Below, in pieces: positions 1 through 12,701 of a DNA stretch of 64,000 bases; position 1 is the stretch's first letter, and each line of letters opens with the position of its first letter. The translations under genes were made by a program, and so were the position numbers. Location of the stretch: contig CBFFRP010000072.1 in NCBI GenBank assembly GCA_965644295.1, positions 1 through 64,000 of the forward strand, in the 5' to 3' direction. The notes beneath the pieces were generated by a model. It saw only the letters and a list, made by a program, of their open reading frames with translations, had not been told where the DNA came from and searched no databases. This stretch comes from Paraphysomonas bandaiensis. Lineage: Eukaryota; Protista; Chrysophyceae.

Positions 1-2229
1 TTTCCAGAGAGATCTGGTGAGGATGTAAGCCTCTCGCTGAACTACCGGTGGCCAGGATTTGACCATGTTGGAGGAGACCATTGAGGGTCAGGCGCGCGGT
101 TGAAGGAGAGAGAGTGAAGTGTGCAGTAGAATTCATCCTGGGTGATGTCTTTTGCAAGAGTAGATTTGAGTGTGGCTGCCATGGCCGGAGTGGTCTTGGT
201 ACAAAGGGCCCGTCCGTAACCCCAGTTGCAGGGGAAGAGGGATTTTCGAGCGGGGGTGGAGTGGTTCCTGGCATGTCGCTGAGCCCGGATCAAGAAGGGA
301 TTTCCACCATGTAGGGTCATCCTGGAGCTGTTGTGCTACAGGGTCAAGTCAGGAGGTTTGGCATGATGTTCACGGAAGTGCGCATTAATGCCTTCATGAA
401 TGTCTTGCGGTGTTGTGAGGATGTGTCCGTCAGTTGTTTTTCACCGTGGTAAGTCGGAGTGGTGTTTTTACCTTGAGACCAATTTTCTGAAGAATTGCTT
501 GAAGTCTTTTCTGCTGTAGCAGTGCCTCCATCTGATTGGTGCGAGCCGTGAGTCTAGTCCGCATTTTCTGTCCTGGCTCTTCCATGAAGAAAGTCCTCTC
601 CAGTCGCAAAGGCAATTCGGAGAAGGTTTTTCTTGAGTGGCTTGCTTTTCGTTCCAACCCGGGATTACTCGTGGGTCCGCGTTGCGATGGCTGCACCAGA
701 AGTTGATGTCTGATATGCCCTTTGATGTGACCCTGAGAACTCCTGAGATAGGAGTCCCATCGGATGAACCACGTACGCAGTGATGATTTCGTGGGTGGGG
801 GTGGTTGCCGGGGGGCCGCGCCATCCATGCCGTTTGTATCCGGCAGAATTGAACATCTTTTGGATAATCCGCAAAACCATGATCATTCCTTCCTGTGTTG
901 CTCTCCATTTCCGGGGAAAAGCCATTCTTGAACTTTGAGCGTTTGCGCTGACAACGTTCGTGTAGTCGTGTGCTATAAGTACATGCAGGATTCTTTCGCT
1001 TCAAGCGAAGCCTGGAGGGAGTTATGTGATGGATGGCCGCTAGTCTGTTGGCTGCCACCTCAGGAGGGAGTATGGCAGACGATCCGTTATCTAAATGTGG
1101 TAGTTGTGCATGAAGTTGGAGGAGGTCTTGCGGTGTATGCCTGTACTTCCTTGGAGTCCTTCGGGTTTACATTGAGACGAGGGGGATTCGGAGGTGCGAC
1201 TCAGGTGGTCGAGGGTCAAGATTGACTGGTACAGTGAAACCGACCCAGACCGGTCGAGTGATCGAAGGCTGCTGCGAGTAGTGAGGGGAGTCAAGGCGGC
1301 CAGTGTCCCGTAACAGACATGTTCGGAGGTAACGGCGTGTGTAGAATATGATCGATCCGCGATATTCCTTTGCTCTAATCTGTGGAAGGTATGATATGTT
1401 TTCCTGGGTAGGAGAAGCTCCATAGGTGGGTACAGCCAGTTGGGTTTTGTCGGCAAAGTGGTCGTATGTCTCTGCCTTTCGGATTTGTCTCCATGGAGCC
1501 ATTGAAGTCGCCGGCGACAATGACAGTATGGTCCTTGGCTCTGGCTTTAGTGACCCATTTCGTAAGGATGTTGCATAGGAGCTTGTAGGGGTCAGCAGTA
1601 CAGATACCACGGGACGCTCTCCCTAGCTTGGTCAATTTGCTCCATAATGTGCAAGAGCCTGGCGTGGATGGCTTCGGGGGTAGATAGACGCTTATTAGTA
1701 CTAGGGTGTGCGCCACCGACGTTTTGAACTCTAGTCGGCTCACTAAACCAAGTCCCGTAAAGTCAGCCTTTGTGAAGGCGAGACGGCGCTTCCAGTATTC
1801 GCTGATTATGACTACTGTACCCCCCATTAGTGGGTCTCTTGAAGTCAGTTTTGGCTGCTTGCTGAGGAAGAGGCATATTCTTGATCCCTGGATTGCATCT
1901 TCTATGATACGTGTGAAGAAGTTGGCCTGAGTTTCTGTTAGACGGACATCCTGTAATAGGAGCACGTCCAATTTTTGCCGCTTAAAGTGTCGGATGATAG
2001 CTTGGACTTTGCCTGTGTGAGATGCCGGATTGCCATTTGTGTTCCATGTGGAGAGTCGGAGTCCCATGGCTGCTCCCGAGGGAGCCTTGGGGATGCTGCT
2101 GGAGGTCTCTGTAGGAGTTCCACTCTTGTCTGCAAGGAGTCTGTCCCATACTGCTTTATTGGCACCGCCTATGTCGCTGTCGTACGCAGCCCTGGCTTGG
2201 ATTAATATCTCAAGTGGCCAGCGTTGATC

Positions 2230-2600
2230 ACACCAGTAATGATGCCCGTAGTTGATGAGAAGTTCTTCATCACTTGGCAATGGGACGTATTGTACGGACA
2301 TAGAGGCGTTTATTTTTCGTGACAAACTTGACATTAGCCATGTTTGTGGCTAGGGGGTCATTAATATACCCAGCTTCGCATGTTACACATTGTCGGACTT
2401 GGTCAAAGCCATCTATTGCGAAGGTACCAGTACTGTCTTGAACTATGTAATCAGAACGCCTTGCAGACTGACTCAGCTTTGTTAGTGGATAGCGTTTGCC
2501 TTTGTACTCAGCAATGATGACGTCTGCTGGGAATGTGTTCTTCGCATAAAGGGATAGTCCTTTGGCAGTGTTATCGGCGTACGCAATGTAGAACTTTCTT
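2230..2600 (-). other. SET (lysine methyltransferase) domain inside the LINE polyprotein, split by 1-nt indels
   Basis: Hand translation of the minus strand: KFYIAYADNTAKGLSLYAKNTFPADVIIAEYKGK...DYIV...AIDG...AGYINDP..TNMANVKF....RLYVRTIRPIA(fs)DEELLINYGHHYW. It contains SET motifs I (GxxLxA), II (ExYG), III (YIN) and IV (EELxxxYG). The last segment is in frame with the endonuclease. Confidence 0.8.
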
Positions 2601-3039
2601 GACTAGATCCTTGTCCCAGCTGGTGGTATCAAGTGCTGGAGTTGGTCTGATCGTTCGTGTGGTCGTGGATTGGTGTGAGTTGTGAAGGTTCGTTGGTTGG
2701 TCACTTTCATCGTAATTTACGACCTTTTTGGCTTTCCGGGTTGGCTGGCATCGACTTGTCAACGCAGTTTGGGCGTGTTTCAACTGCATCTTCTTGTGCG
2801 ATGGTAGTGCTCCAGGGTTGAAGCCTGCAGAATCTGTCGATTTGTTCGTGCTAGCTTGGTGCTGCTGGACGAGGTTGTTCTGGTGCTGGTCGTCTTTGAT
2901 GTCCTATTGTTGTTCGTGATTGAGTCCGCGGGAAGTGTAGGTGGAGCGATGGGGTCAGACGTTGAGAGTATACTGGTGGCCAAGGTGTTTTCAAGAGATA
3001 GTAGGGCGTTGTCTAGGGCAGTAGAAAGACCGGCAGGGT

Positions 3040-3545
3040 CTAAGAGGAAGTAGTGAGCATCTTGTAGTATGACATGGTAGTAGTTATCACGAATAGCGTT
3101 CCTAAGTTCCTCCACCTTCCATGCGATGTTATAAGCTACTTTGTCAGTAGGGATACCTACAATGCTGAGATAATTACCATTTTGCGCCCACGTCGTGCAG
3201 GGGTTGATAGTAGAGGCTAAAAGGTGGACCTCTCGCACTGAGAGCCAGTGAGTTATGTCGTCCTCCGTAGTGTATGTTGTTTTGGCAGGTATTAAAAGTG
3301 CGGCCTGTGCGTGATCCAACTTATGTCGTAGTGGCTGAAGTGTGTGATGGGCCATGCACTCCCGTTGCATTGTGTCGAACGCTTGGGTGCCTAATGTATT
3401 TATAAAAGATGCTAGCGTGTGACGGTCCTTGCGTTGTTTGAGGTCTAATTTCAGACAGGAGCGAGTGTGTCGCCTGCTTGAAGCAAGAATGTGCAGATGA
3501 TAGAGTGTGCTGTATGCGCAGTATCCATCACTTGGGATATGTTGT
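3040..3545 (-). other. OTU-like cysteine protease domain within ORF 2780..5860
   Basis: HIPSDGYCAY (OTU P-x-D-G-x-C catalytic loop), HWLSVREV (W..xE box) and ILQDAHYF (catalytic HY) occur in canonical order. Confidence 0.65.
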
Positions 3546-5130
3546 TGTGTGCGAAGGGCTGAGGGTCTGAGGGTGAGGCGATAGACTCTGCTCATGTCGC
3601 ACATATGGAGCCTGAGTTGTCGACGGTCCGTGGGGTTCATCTGCCGTAGTTGACGTCGAGCTCTCGGTGACAAGGAGACTGCAATTACTTCCCTCTGTTC
3701 CTGTTGCTCTCTTTGCTCATGTAGCATAGATGGTACAGTTGACGGTTCAGAAGTCCAGATGATGTTGGTGCTCTGTCTGGAGGTCTGGTGTTGTAGAAAA
3801 CAGGATAGCCGCTCCTGAGTTCGTGTTAGAGCGTGCATGATGGAGGTGGGGATATTTGTTGCATTTAGTATGTGAAACCCATGCTGGCTGCGTATGATGT
3901 CATGGGTTACCACAGTGTTGGTAGAAGCGTGCACTGTTAGTGCCTGTCTGGAGAATGGTGATAGCTGTGCCCAACCAGGCGCCAGGTGCGGTTGAACAGC
4001 GTCCCATAGTCTGTATGGTATGGAGAGAAGATCGAGTAGCAGTTGGAAATCCTCCGTGTCTAGATGTAGTCCTGTGTGTGGATTCGAGGATTCATATTGC
4101 ATAAGTGTCTTACGGAGAGTGACAGTGGCTGTTGAGGGAATACCCTTTGTCAGGCAAAGGGTCCGCACATGCCTAGATACAACATGAGTGGAGTCTGCCC
4201 AGGGTTTGTTGCCATTCGCGAGATGCTGGGCAACTAGTAGGGCGCTGTGCGTGGTGTCCAATTTGTGCTCTGGTAGCGTGAATGATATCATGAGATCATA
4301 GTTGTCCGTCCTGGAAGCCTTGGCTATGAATCCTTCCCATATGTCTAAACAGGCAGGGGATAGCATGTGTGCGTATATTTCTTTTAAAAGGTTTCCCTGT
4401 GGGGAGGCAGCAATGGTTTGGGTTTCATCATATCTAACCCAGTTGTTCAGCAGATCGGAGTGAAAGGGCGTGTGACCCCGGCCCTCTGTGTAGTGTAGGG
4501 GGTATGTGGCAATATCCTTGGGCAGTACATCCGGCCTGAGGTCAGGAGTGGTAGTGGAGAGTGAGGATGGGCCGTCTGGGGCTAATGCTGGAGTTCCCAT
4601 GGTGTTCAGTTGAGTAAGGTTGGTGGTAGGTGGCTTCCGTTTGACTGGGAAATAGTCAAATAACGTTGCATACGGTGTGGTGGCATCCTTAGTGGGTAAG
4701 GGTAATGTGTGGGTGGATTTGCTGGGTCCGTCACCGCTGTTATCGGAGGAGAATTCCTTCCCCTGAAGGGCGTGGGAGGGATGGTTGATGGACCTGGCAC
4801 GGTGGACTCCTTGCATTCCCTTGGAATGACATTGCAACACATTTTGGAGACGCATGATGACGAGGTCAGGAATTCTCTCGAGTAGCGCGTGTAGTTCCAA
4901 CTCCACCGGGTATTTGGTGTCCAGGAAGAAGTGATCGTTGGAGCAAAACACATCATAAGATGGAAGGAATTGAGTTTGTGGAAGGAAGGAGGAATAGTGG
5001 GTGGACCAGTACGCCCAGTAAGGGAGAGGCGATAGTTTGTCTGGGGGTTTTCTAGGAGGAGGTAGAGTGTACTGTGTGTGTGTATGACACTGCAGTGGTG
5101 TTATGAGTGTGTTGGACAGTGAGAGAGAGC

Positions 5131-5275
5131 TGGTGATGTGTCCAACAGTACAGGTAGACAGGTACATGGACATGGTGATGTGTCCAACAGTACAGGTAGA
5201 CAGGTACATGGACATGGTGATGTGTCCAACAGTACAGGTAGACAGGTACATGGACATGGTGATGTGTCCAACAGC
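5131..5275. repeat. 42-bp tandem repeat (~3.4 copies), in frame in the LINE ORF (VGHITMSMYLSTCT)
   Basis: Unit tggtgatgtgtccaacagtacaggtagacaggtacatggaca starts at 5131, 5173, 5215 and 5257. Confidence 0.95.
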
Positions 5276-6231
5276 AGTAGAGGTATACACGGAATGGTAT
5301 ACATCCTGTAGGACACAGTAGTACAGTAGTCGAGTATACCGTATGCGGAATACAGTGTCTATCCAATGAGATGGATGGGCTGTGGGGGTGATAGGTGAAC
5401 AGGGTGAGGGGGTAGCCTGCTGGGTGGATGGACCACAGACAAACCATGTTGGGTTGGGTTGAGTGGGCGGCAGAAGGCAGCCCTGTTGCACAGTTGAGAG
5501 GGATCGAGAGTATTCAGTGATTGCATAGGGGGTCCATGGGGGTCGTTTTCGTGAGCCTGCTCGCACGAGCCATGTTCTGAGAGGTTGTAGCCGTAGAAAG
5601 CGATGGGTGAGACGAAGTTGTCTGCTGAGGGGATAGCACGTAGGTGCGGTCAGCGCTGCATTGGTGCAGGCACGTGGTTTAACTGAAGTAGTTGAGTAGG
5701 GTGAAGGTTGCAAGGCCAGGCAGGGGGGCTTGGAGCGTGTACAACATGGTGTGACAGGTAATTTGTCGGAAGCGTGGTGGTCAACAAAATGCAGCAGTAA
5801 GGGAGTGTAAAAGGCCCTGGGCACACTGATGTGACTCAGCCACAGTCTCAATAGAGACATTGGGCTTGGAGCTGGTTAATAGAGTGAAACTGTATGTTGG
5901 ACTGTATTTGCCATCGTAGGGCAGAGAAAATATGGACTTCTCGTAATCTATGTCACACAAGTATGGTGTAGATTAATTCTGACGTGCTTGTCGACACACA
6001 ATAAATACACAATAATTCTAATAAAGAAGATGGGTGTATTGTTTATTTTAGTACCACTATCACTACGTTAGATGATGTCTCGGAATAGGGAATATGTATC
6101 AACATATCAACTTCACGTCATAGGTGCCAGTTGCAGGCCGACTTGTTGGAATACTTTCAAATGAAGGAGTAAGACAATATATATGATGCGATGATATATA
6201 TACTGACGCATTTCAGAACAGAGGAGCTAGT

Positions 6232-6521
6232 TGCTCCATTCTGAGCGCGTACTTAGGTAGATTTGGGTGGGGGCCAGGTGTGTACCTAACTAATACTTGA
6301 CTAAGCCTCATATGTTATTTGCTAGCTACCTACTGAACCCAACTAGCTACATCATTATCACACGGTATTCAGCACTAAATACGCAATGAGAGCCCGGGTG
6401 GGGAACCGCTGAACTAAAAGCAATTTGTATATAGTACATAGGTAGAGGTGCGCGGTCGCAGCAATCAGCAGCACCCACTAGAGGGCCACGCAGTGATTAG
6501 TTACTCTGTCAGTATGGGGCA
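6232..6521 (+). mobile_element. MITE family A, complete copy
   Basis: ~270-290-bp dispersed repeat with six copies in the window. Imperfect terminal inverted repeats (family consensus TGCCCCATTCTGAGCGCGTA / TACGCTGTCAGTATGGGGCA). Confidence 0.8.
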
Positions 6522-6694
6522 ATATATATATGTAATTAGTATATTATATATTGTAGTATGAAACTGAAGTATAAGTTGGTGACTATTCAGGATACGACTG
6601 CTGAGTGTGTGGTTCGTACATTATAGAAGTAAATGATTGGTGTTGAGCACACCGGATACGGATATTGTAGTGATGAAACTGACATATATATTGA

Positions 6695-6892
6695 CAGCGG
6701 TTCCCCACCCGGGTTCTCATTGCATATTCAGTGTTGAATACTGTGTGATAATGATATAGCTAGTTGGGTTCAGTAGTATATGGTATATATGATATGTTAT
6801 ATGTGATAACATATGGGGCTCATTCAAGTATTAGTTAGGTACACACCCGGCCCCCACCCGGATCTACCTAAGTACGCGCTCAGAATGAAGCA
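6695..6892 (-). mobile_element. MITE family A, partial inverted copy
   Basis: Reverse complement of the 5' two thirds of 6232-6521. Confidence 0.8.
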
Positions 6893-7388
6893 AAATCTAC
6901 ATTTTTTGAATAACACAGAGTTGAAAAGTTACGTCATTATTGCTGCTAAGGAAAATTTAGGAAGTGTAGCGGAATGGAAGATGCTGATAGGAAGATAGGA
7001 AAGCAAAACATAACACATACAACATAGTATCGATATTGATGTCTTGTGCGCTTGTGTGTGTACTGCAGAGGAATAGGGCTAGAGAAATATCAATGTATTG
7101 CGATGTTCAATATATTGACATTACACAATTTTGTATATAAATTTGCCCAAGAAAGTTCTATGAATAGTATTAACAGAGTTCTAACTAGTAGTGCTATGAT
7201 AATCAAGAGGGTCTGTTGTGTTACAAGTTATGACAGGGACAGAATATAAACTGTGGCTGACAGTATATTTACAATATAAAGAAATGGAATTAAATTAATG
7301 GGTAAATAACTCCTCTGTACATATGCCGAGATGTACAGTATACTTATATACCTTTGGTTTAAACATTATATCTGACATTAATAAGAAT

Positions 7389-7794
7389 TTATGAATCTTC
7401 ATCCGCTGTGCTACTACCATTATTAATCTCTTCCTCTGCTTGAGCAATCGGTGTATCATCAAAATCGCCTAGTGCAAACTCCACTTTAACAACTGGATTT
7501 TCTTCTGAGTTCTCAGTTTCCTCTTCATCAGACTCCTGTATGACATGTCACTCAATGAACGGACAACATGACACTTTCATTACATACTTCATTGTTTACT
7601 TCGGTTGTATTCAGTATACCACTATCAATAACCACACATTCTGGTCCAGCTTTTTTGACGTTTTCTTCAAGCTCACGATTAGCTTGTTCAATCACAGGTA
7701 AGAACTGCTTGACGCGATCCAATACTGCATATACATGTCTTAAATATATACAAGAAGATAATGATATGAACAAACCAGATGATCCAGTATCCAT
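7389..7794 (-). CDS. NOPCHAP1/C12orf45 (DUF4598)-like protein, 3 exons
   Basis: VLDRVKQFLPVIEQANRELE and VKVEFALGDFD motifs. GT-AG introns at ~7725-7775 and 7536-7587 restore the frame. Stop at 7389-7391. Confidence 0.7.
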
Positions 7795-8086
7795 AGGTGT
7801 AATATAGGGTTAATATATAGAGTGAGGTTTGTGTTGATGTTAATGGAATGATGCATTGATTCTATTGGAGGCTGCTGTATGCAGCATACGCCTCATATGA
7901 ACCACTAAACTGAATACCGAATACTGATTTTGAGTACAGTTTTCCCCAAAAAAAAGTCCACCGGCTTTTTTATATATATAAAGACCGTGGGTTTGTGTGT
8001 TTTCAGGTACTTAAAATAGGGATATTACACTCTCTATGGGTCAAAAACTGGTATATATACTATATGTATAGTGTACTGCTGTACTG

Positions 8087-8318
8087 TGTTGTTCTACAGG
8101 TACATGTACAGGTACACTTGACTCTATGCACTCCACACTGGTGTTGTTCTACAGGTACATGTCTAGATGTACAGGTACACTTGTCTCTATGCACTCCACA
8201 CTGGTGTTGTTCTACAGGTACATGTCTAGATGTACAGGTACACTTGTCTCTATGCACTCCACACTGGTGTTTGTTCTACAGGTACATACATGTACAGGTA
8301 CACTTGTCTCTATGCACT
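8087..8318. repeat. ~63-bp tandem minisatellite (~3.7 copies) between divergent genes
   Basis: Repeated gttctacaggtacatgtctagatgtacaggtacacttgtctctatgcactccacactggtgtt. Confidence 0.9.
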
Positions 8319-8436
8319 GCATGTATGCCGCTATATGCTATGAGATGCAGCCATTACTATTTCACTCCAATGCCATACATTAACACACCCTCATATCATA
8401 ATCCCCGCTACCACCCTACCAATCATCCAATATATC

Positions 8437-9969
<1,533 letters not shown>

Positions 9970-10333
9970 GTTGTAATACAAATACATTTTTTGCATTAGT
10001 TAGTTTATATCATCGCTTAGCTATATTAGTAAATATATTAATATAAATTTATAGAATTTACACAACGGAATTCCGCCGTGGATGCTGCTAGATTTTATGC
10101 CGCTGTACAGTGTTCTTGTTGATGTCGTCATTACGTAAATATATCTTTCCATGAATAATTCCCTGACGGCGTCATAACAAACGTTCACCAATCCCTAGTC
10201 GGCAAAAATTGTGGTCAAGACGTTAAGACTACGATAGTATTTAGTTTCCCTTACTTTCGTTTGGTCGTCTCGGCGTTGTGGGTGTGTCTGTCGTAGCCGT
10301 TTCGTCGGGGATGGCAGAATGATAATTAATTTA

Positions 10334-10749
10334 AGTAGTGAATGTCTGATTATTAAGTATTAGCAATATAGGCGTGTAAGAGTCAGAACTAGTGTAGCAA
10401 AACAATTTAACTAACTAGTGCTTAACTCTAATATCCTACTATTTAGCGCTGCGAAAGCTGCTTGTGCGTCACCTCAAGCACCAAAGTGCAACCACTTTTG
10501 CTCTCTGTTCTTAAGGTGTAGCCCTAATGCTTGACTTCAGTAGGCTGTTCAATACCCCGGATACCCATTCCCGGATGCCCATATAGTCGTCAAGACCCAA
10601 AAAGACGTCTATACAAGCACGTGGCTATGAGTGGACAGACAATTATCTGCTGACTATTATATATACGGCTCACGTTAGTTTTCGGAGAAATATCTCCGAT
10701 ACTTATTCCCAGAACACCACGAAAGGCTCGAGTCCGACTTTGTGGAGGG
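10334..10749 (-). mobile_element. Family B short retroposon (tail type 1)
   Basis: Reverse complement of the 29574 and 17266 copies. Starts CCCTCCACAAAGTCGGA and ends cattcactact. Flanks share aattaat (possible decayed TSD). Confidence 0.75.
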
Positions 10750-10995
10750 AATTAATATGAATGAGCATTCACTATTATTGCTCAGTTTATGTCATTGAAA
10801 CAAGCGGAAAGTAGCTTTTAGCTTATAGTAGGAATTGAATTCATGCTGTATAACTAAAGTTTTTGTTTATACGAAATAAGTTCGTAGTTAGGAATAATGA
10901 TAGACAATTACGCCGTTTATTCCATTTATTAGAACAATGAGTGATGGTGATATATGTTCTTGTCGTATTCGATAAAGTATTTTAATTGGTACTAG

Positions 10996-11251
10996 TGCCC
11001 CATACTGACAGCGTAACTAATCACTGCGCGCGGCCCTCCCGCTACCTATGTACTATATACACACATTGCGTAGTTCAGTGGTTCCCGAGTTATCACTGCA
11101 TATTCAGTTCTGAATACTGTGTGTGATAATGATGTAGCTAGTTGGGTTCAGAAGTAGGTAACTAGCAAATAACATATGGGGCTTAATCAATTATTAGGTG
11201 CCCACCCGGCCCCCACCCGGATCTGCCTAAGTACGCGCTCAGAATGGAGCA
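10996..11251 (-). mobile_element. MITE family A copy
   Basis: Both termini present (tgccccatactgacagcgta ... tacgcgctcagaatggagca). Confidence 0.8.
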
Positions 11252-11824
11252 CCCTTCTCCGTATTCCTAAATTCATGTAACTTATTATTTGTTGATGATA
11301 GCGACGAGACTTTCTGGGGTAATAACAGAAATATTACTGGTCCGAATAATGGTATATAGACAAACACACAGAGAGAGAGGAGGGGGGGGTCTTTGACCCA
11401 CCGTGGCCGTAAATACTGTTAATATACACTTTCTATGCCCCTATGGTGTTGTAGTGTATGTACTTACAATAATACATAATTTCTTTGTTCCTGAAAGTGT
11501 ATGACATCGAGCTTCCGGTATATTGATTGACGCGAAGGACAAACATGGTGGTAAGATCAATTTGGGAAAAGCAATATCAAAAAAGGAAAACAAGCAGCGG
11601 CACTTGCCAACAAAGCATCCAAAGCAGTGGTGAACGAGTCACTCACGGATATGGCGGTCAATCGCGGTGTGAATGCAAAGATAGCCAAGCGCATCAGCAA
11701 AGTTTATAAAAAAAGGCCTCTAATTATATCGTACGTATACTCATACCAAGGGTTAATGATGGGAACAGAAGTAGTGGAAAAGGAAAACGTGGTGGTTCGT
11801 TTTACTATTTTAATACATAAACGA

Positions 11825-12268
11825 ATGGAACTAGGAGTTGCAACATTCTCGCAGTTAACTCGATTTTGGAAAAACAAATGGGTTTTCGAATATACGCGGT
11901 TAGTAAACACTATAATTAGACAATCGAACTCCCATTCAAAATGAAATGATTGTCGTCAACATCTTTGACGGCTCCAAAGGCACACATTGGGTTGCCATAT
12001 TTTCACAGGGTAAATGCTATTTATATTTCGACTCATTTGCCCTCGCGCCACCAACAAATATCGCGGCGTATATATTAATCGGTTGAATGGAAACAAAAAA
12101 ATACCCTACAACAATTCCAAACTACAGGATCCTCGTGCAGAATCGTGCGGTTATTGGTGCGTGCTCTGGTTGGACTATATGCAAAAGCGATTCATTCTGA
12201 CAAAATGGTCACTCACTCGAATTCACAACGTATTCAATTCACTATTCAATAAGTTCCTATACAGATAA
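11825..12268 (+). pseudogene. Adenain-type (C5) cysteine protease of Polinton/Maverick/virophage-like origin, frameshifted
   Basis: Joined frames give IVVNIFDGSKGTHWVAIF...YFDSFALAPP...(fs)...YNNSKLQDPRAESCGYWCVLWL, i.e. the H-W, F-D-S, Q and C-G-x-W-C motifs of adenovirus/Polinton maturation proteases. No introns. Confidence 0.85.
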
Positions 12269-12701
12269 TAAGTTACATAAATTTAAAGGATCTACAGTCC
12301 TGTATCTACCATACGAAGAGCATTTCAAATTGTAATCTCGTAGTCTCCATTTGTATATGCAGTTGGACCACTGCCCGCGGAATTAGTTTTCGTCATATGA
12401 GTGTCAAATACATCTTGACAGTCAAAACCCGATCTCAAACCCGTAAAATCATTCGGGAATGTAACATCAGATTGATACATAGTGTTGGTGAGTTTTGGTG
12501 GGGGTGGGTTGAATAACTATTGATGAGTGAGAGTGAGTTCAACAATTTTTTGCTATTACAAATGGGGTCAGAAAGAGCGATTCTGATTAGTGGAAAAAAC
12601 CCACCCAAATTTCAAACTAATTTGAATTTCATGTGTTTTTTCAAGGGTGACCGTTTAGAGCAATCAATTTTGGAGGGTGCGGGCGTCATATCGTTATATA
12701 A

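Larger units (their letters stand above)
1..5860 (-). mobile_element. Non-LTR retrotransposon (LINE) polyprotein: OTU-like + SET + APE endonuclease + start of RT region; runs off the window start; frameshifted in 1-2,800
   Basis: EEP/APE motifs in ORF 1375..2334 and adjacent frames: LSTWNTNG, DVLLLQDVR, LISVYLPP, VIVAGDFNG, SRIDHIL (~1340-1360), DH(fs)RPV (~1250-1263). The pre-RT motif ITQDEF...L..NRAP(G)PSMVSSNMVKSW at ~50-145 corresponds to the LINE 'KAPGPDG' box. The 1026-aa ORF 2780..5860 lies upstream on the same strand. Confidence 0.88.

Noticed and set aside
6100-6155. ccaacaagtcgg...ggcacc (minus strand) upstream of the LINE, resembling the family B head
   Set aside because: No P3 partner, P4 or CTAA follows, so it cannot be used to link the LINE to family B.
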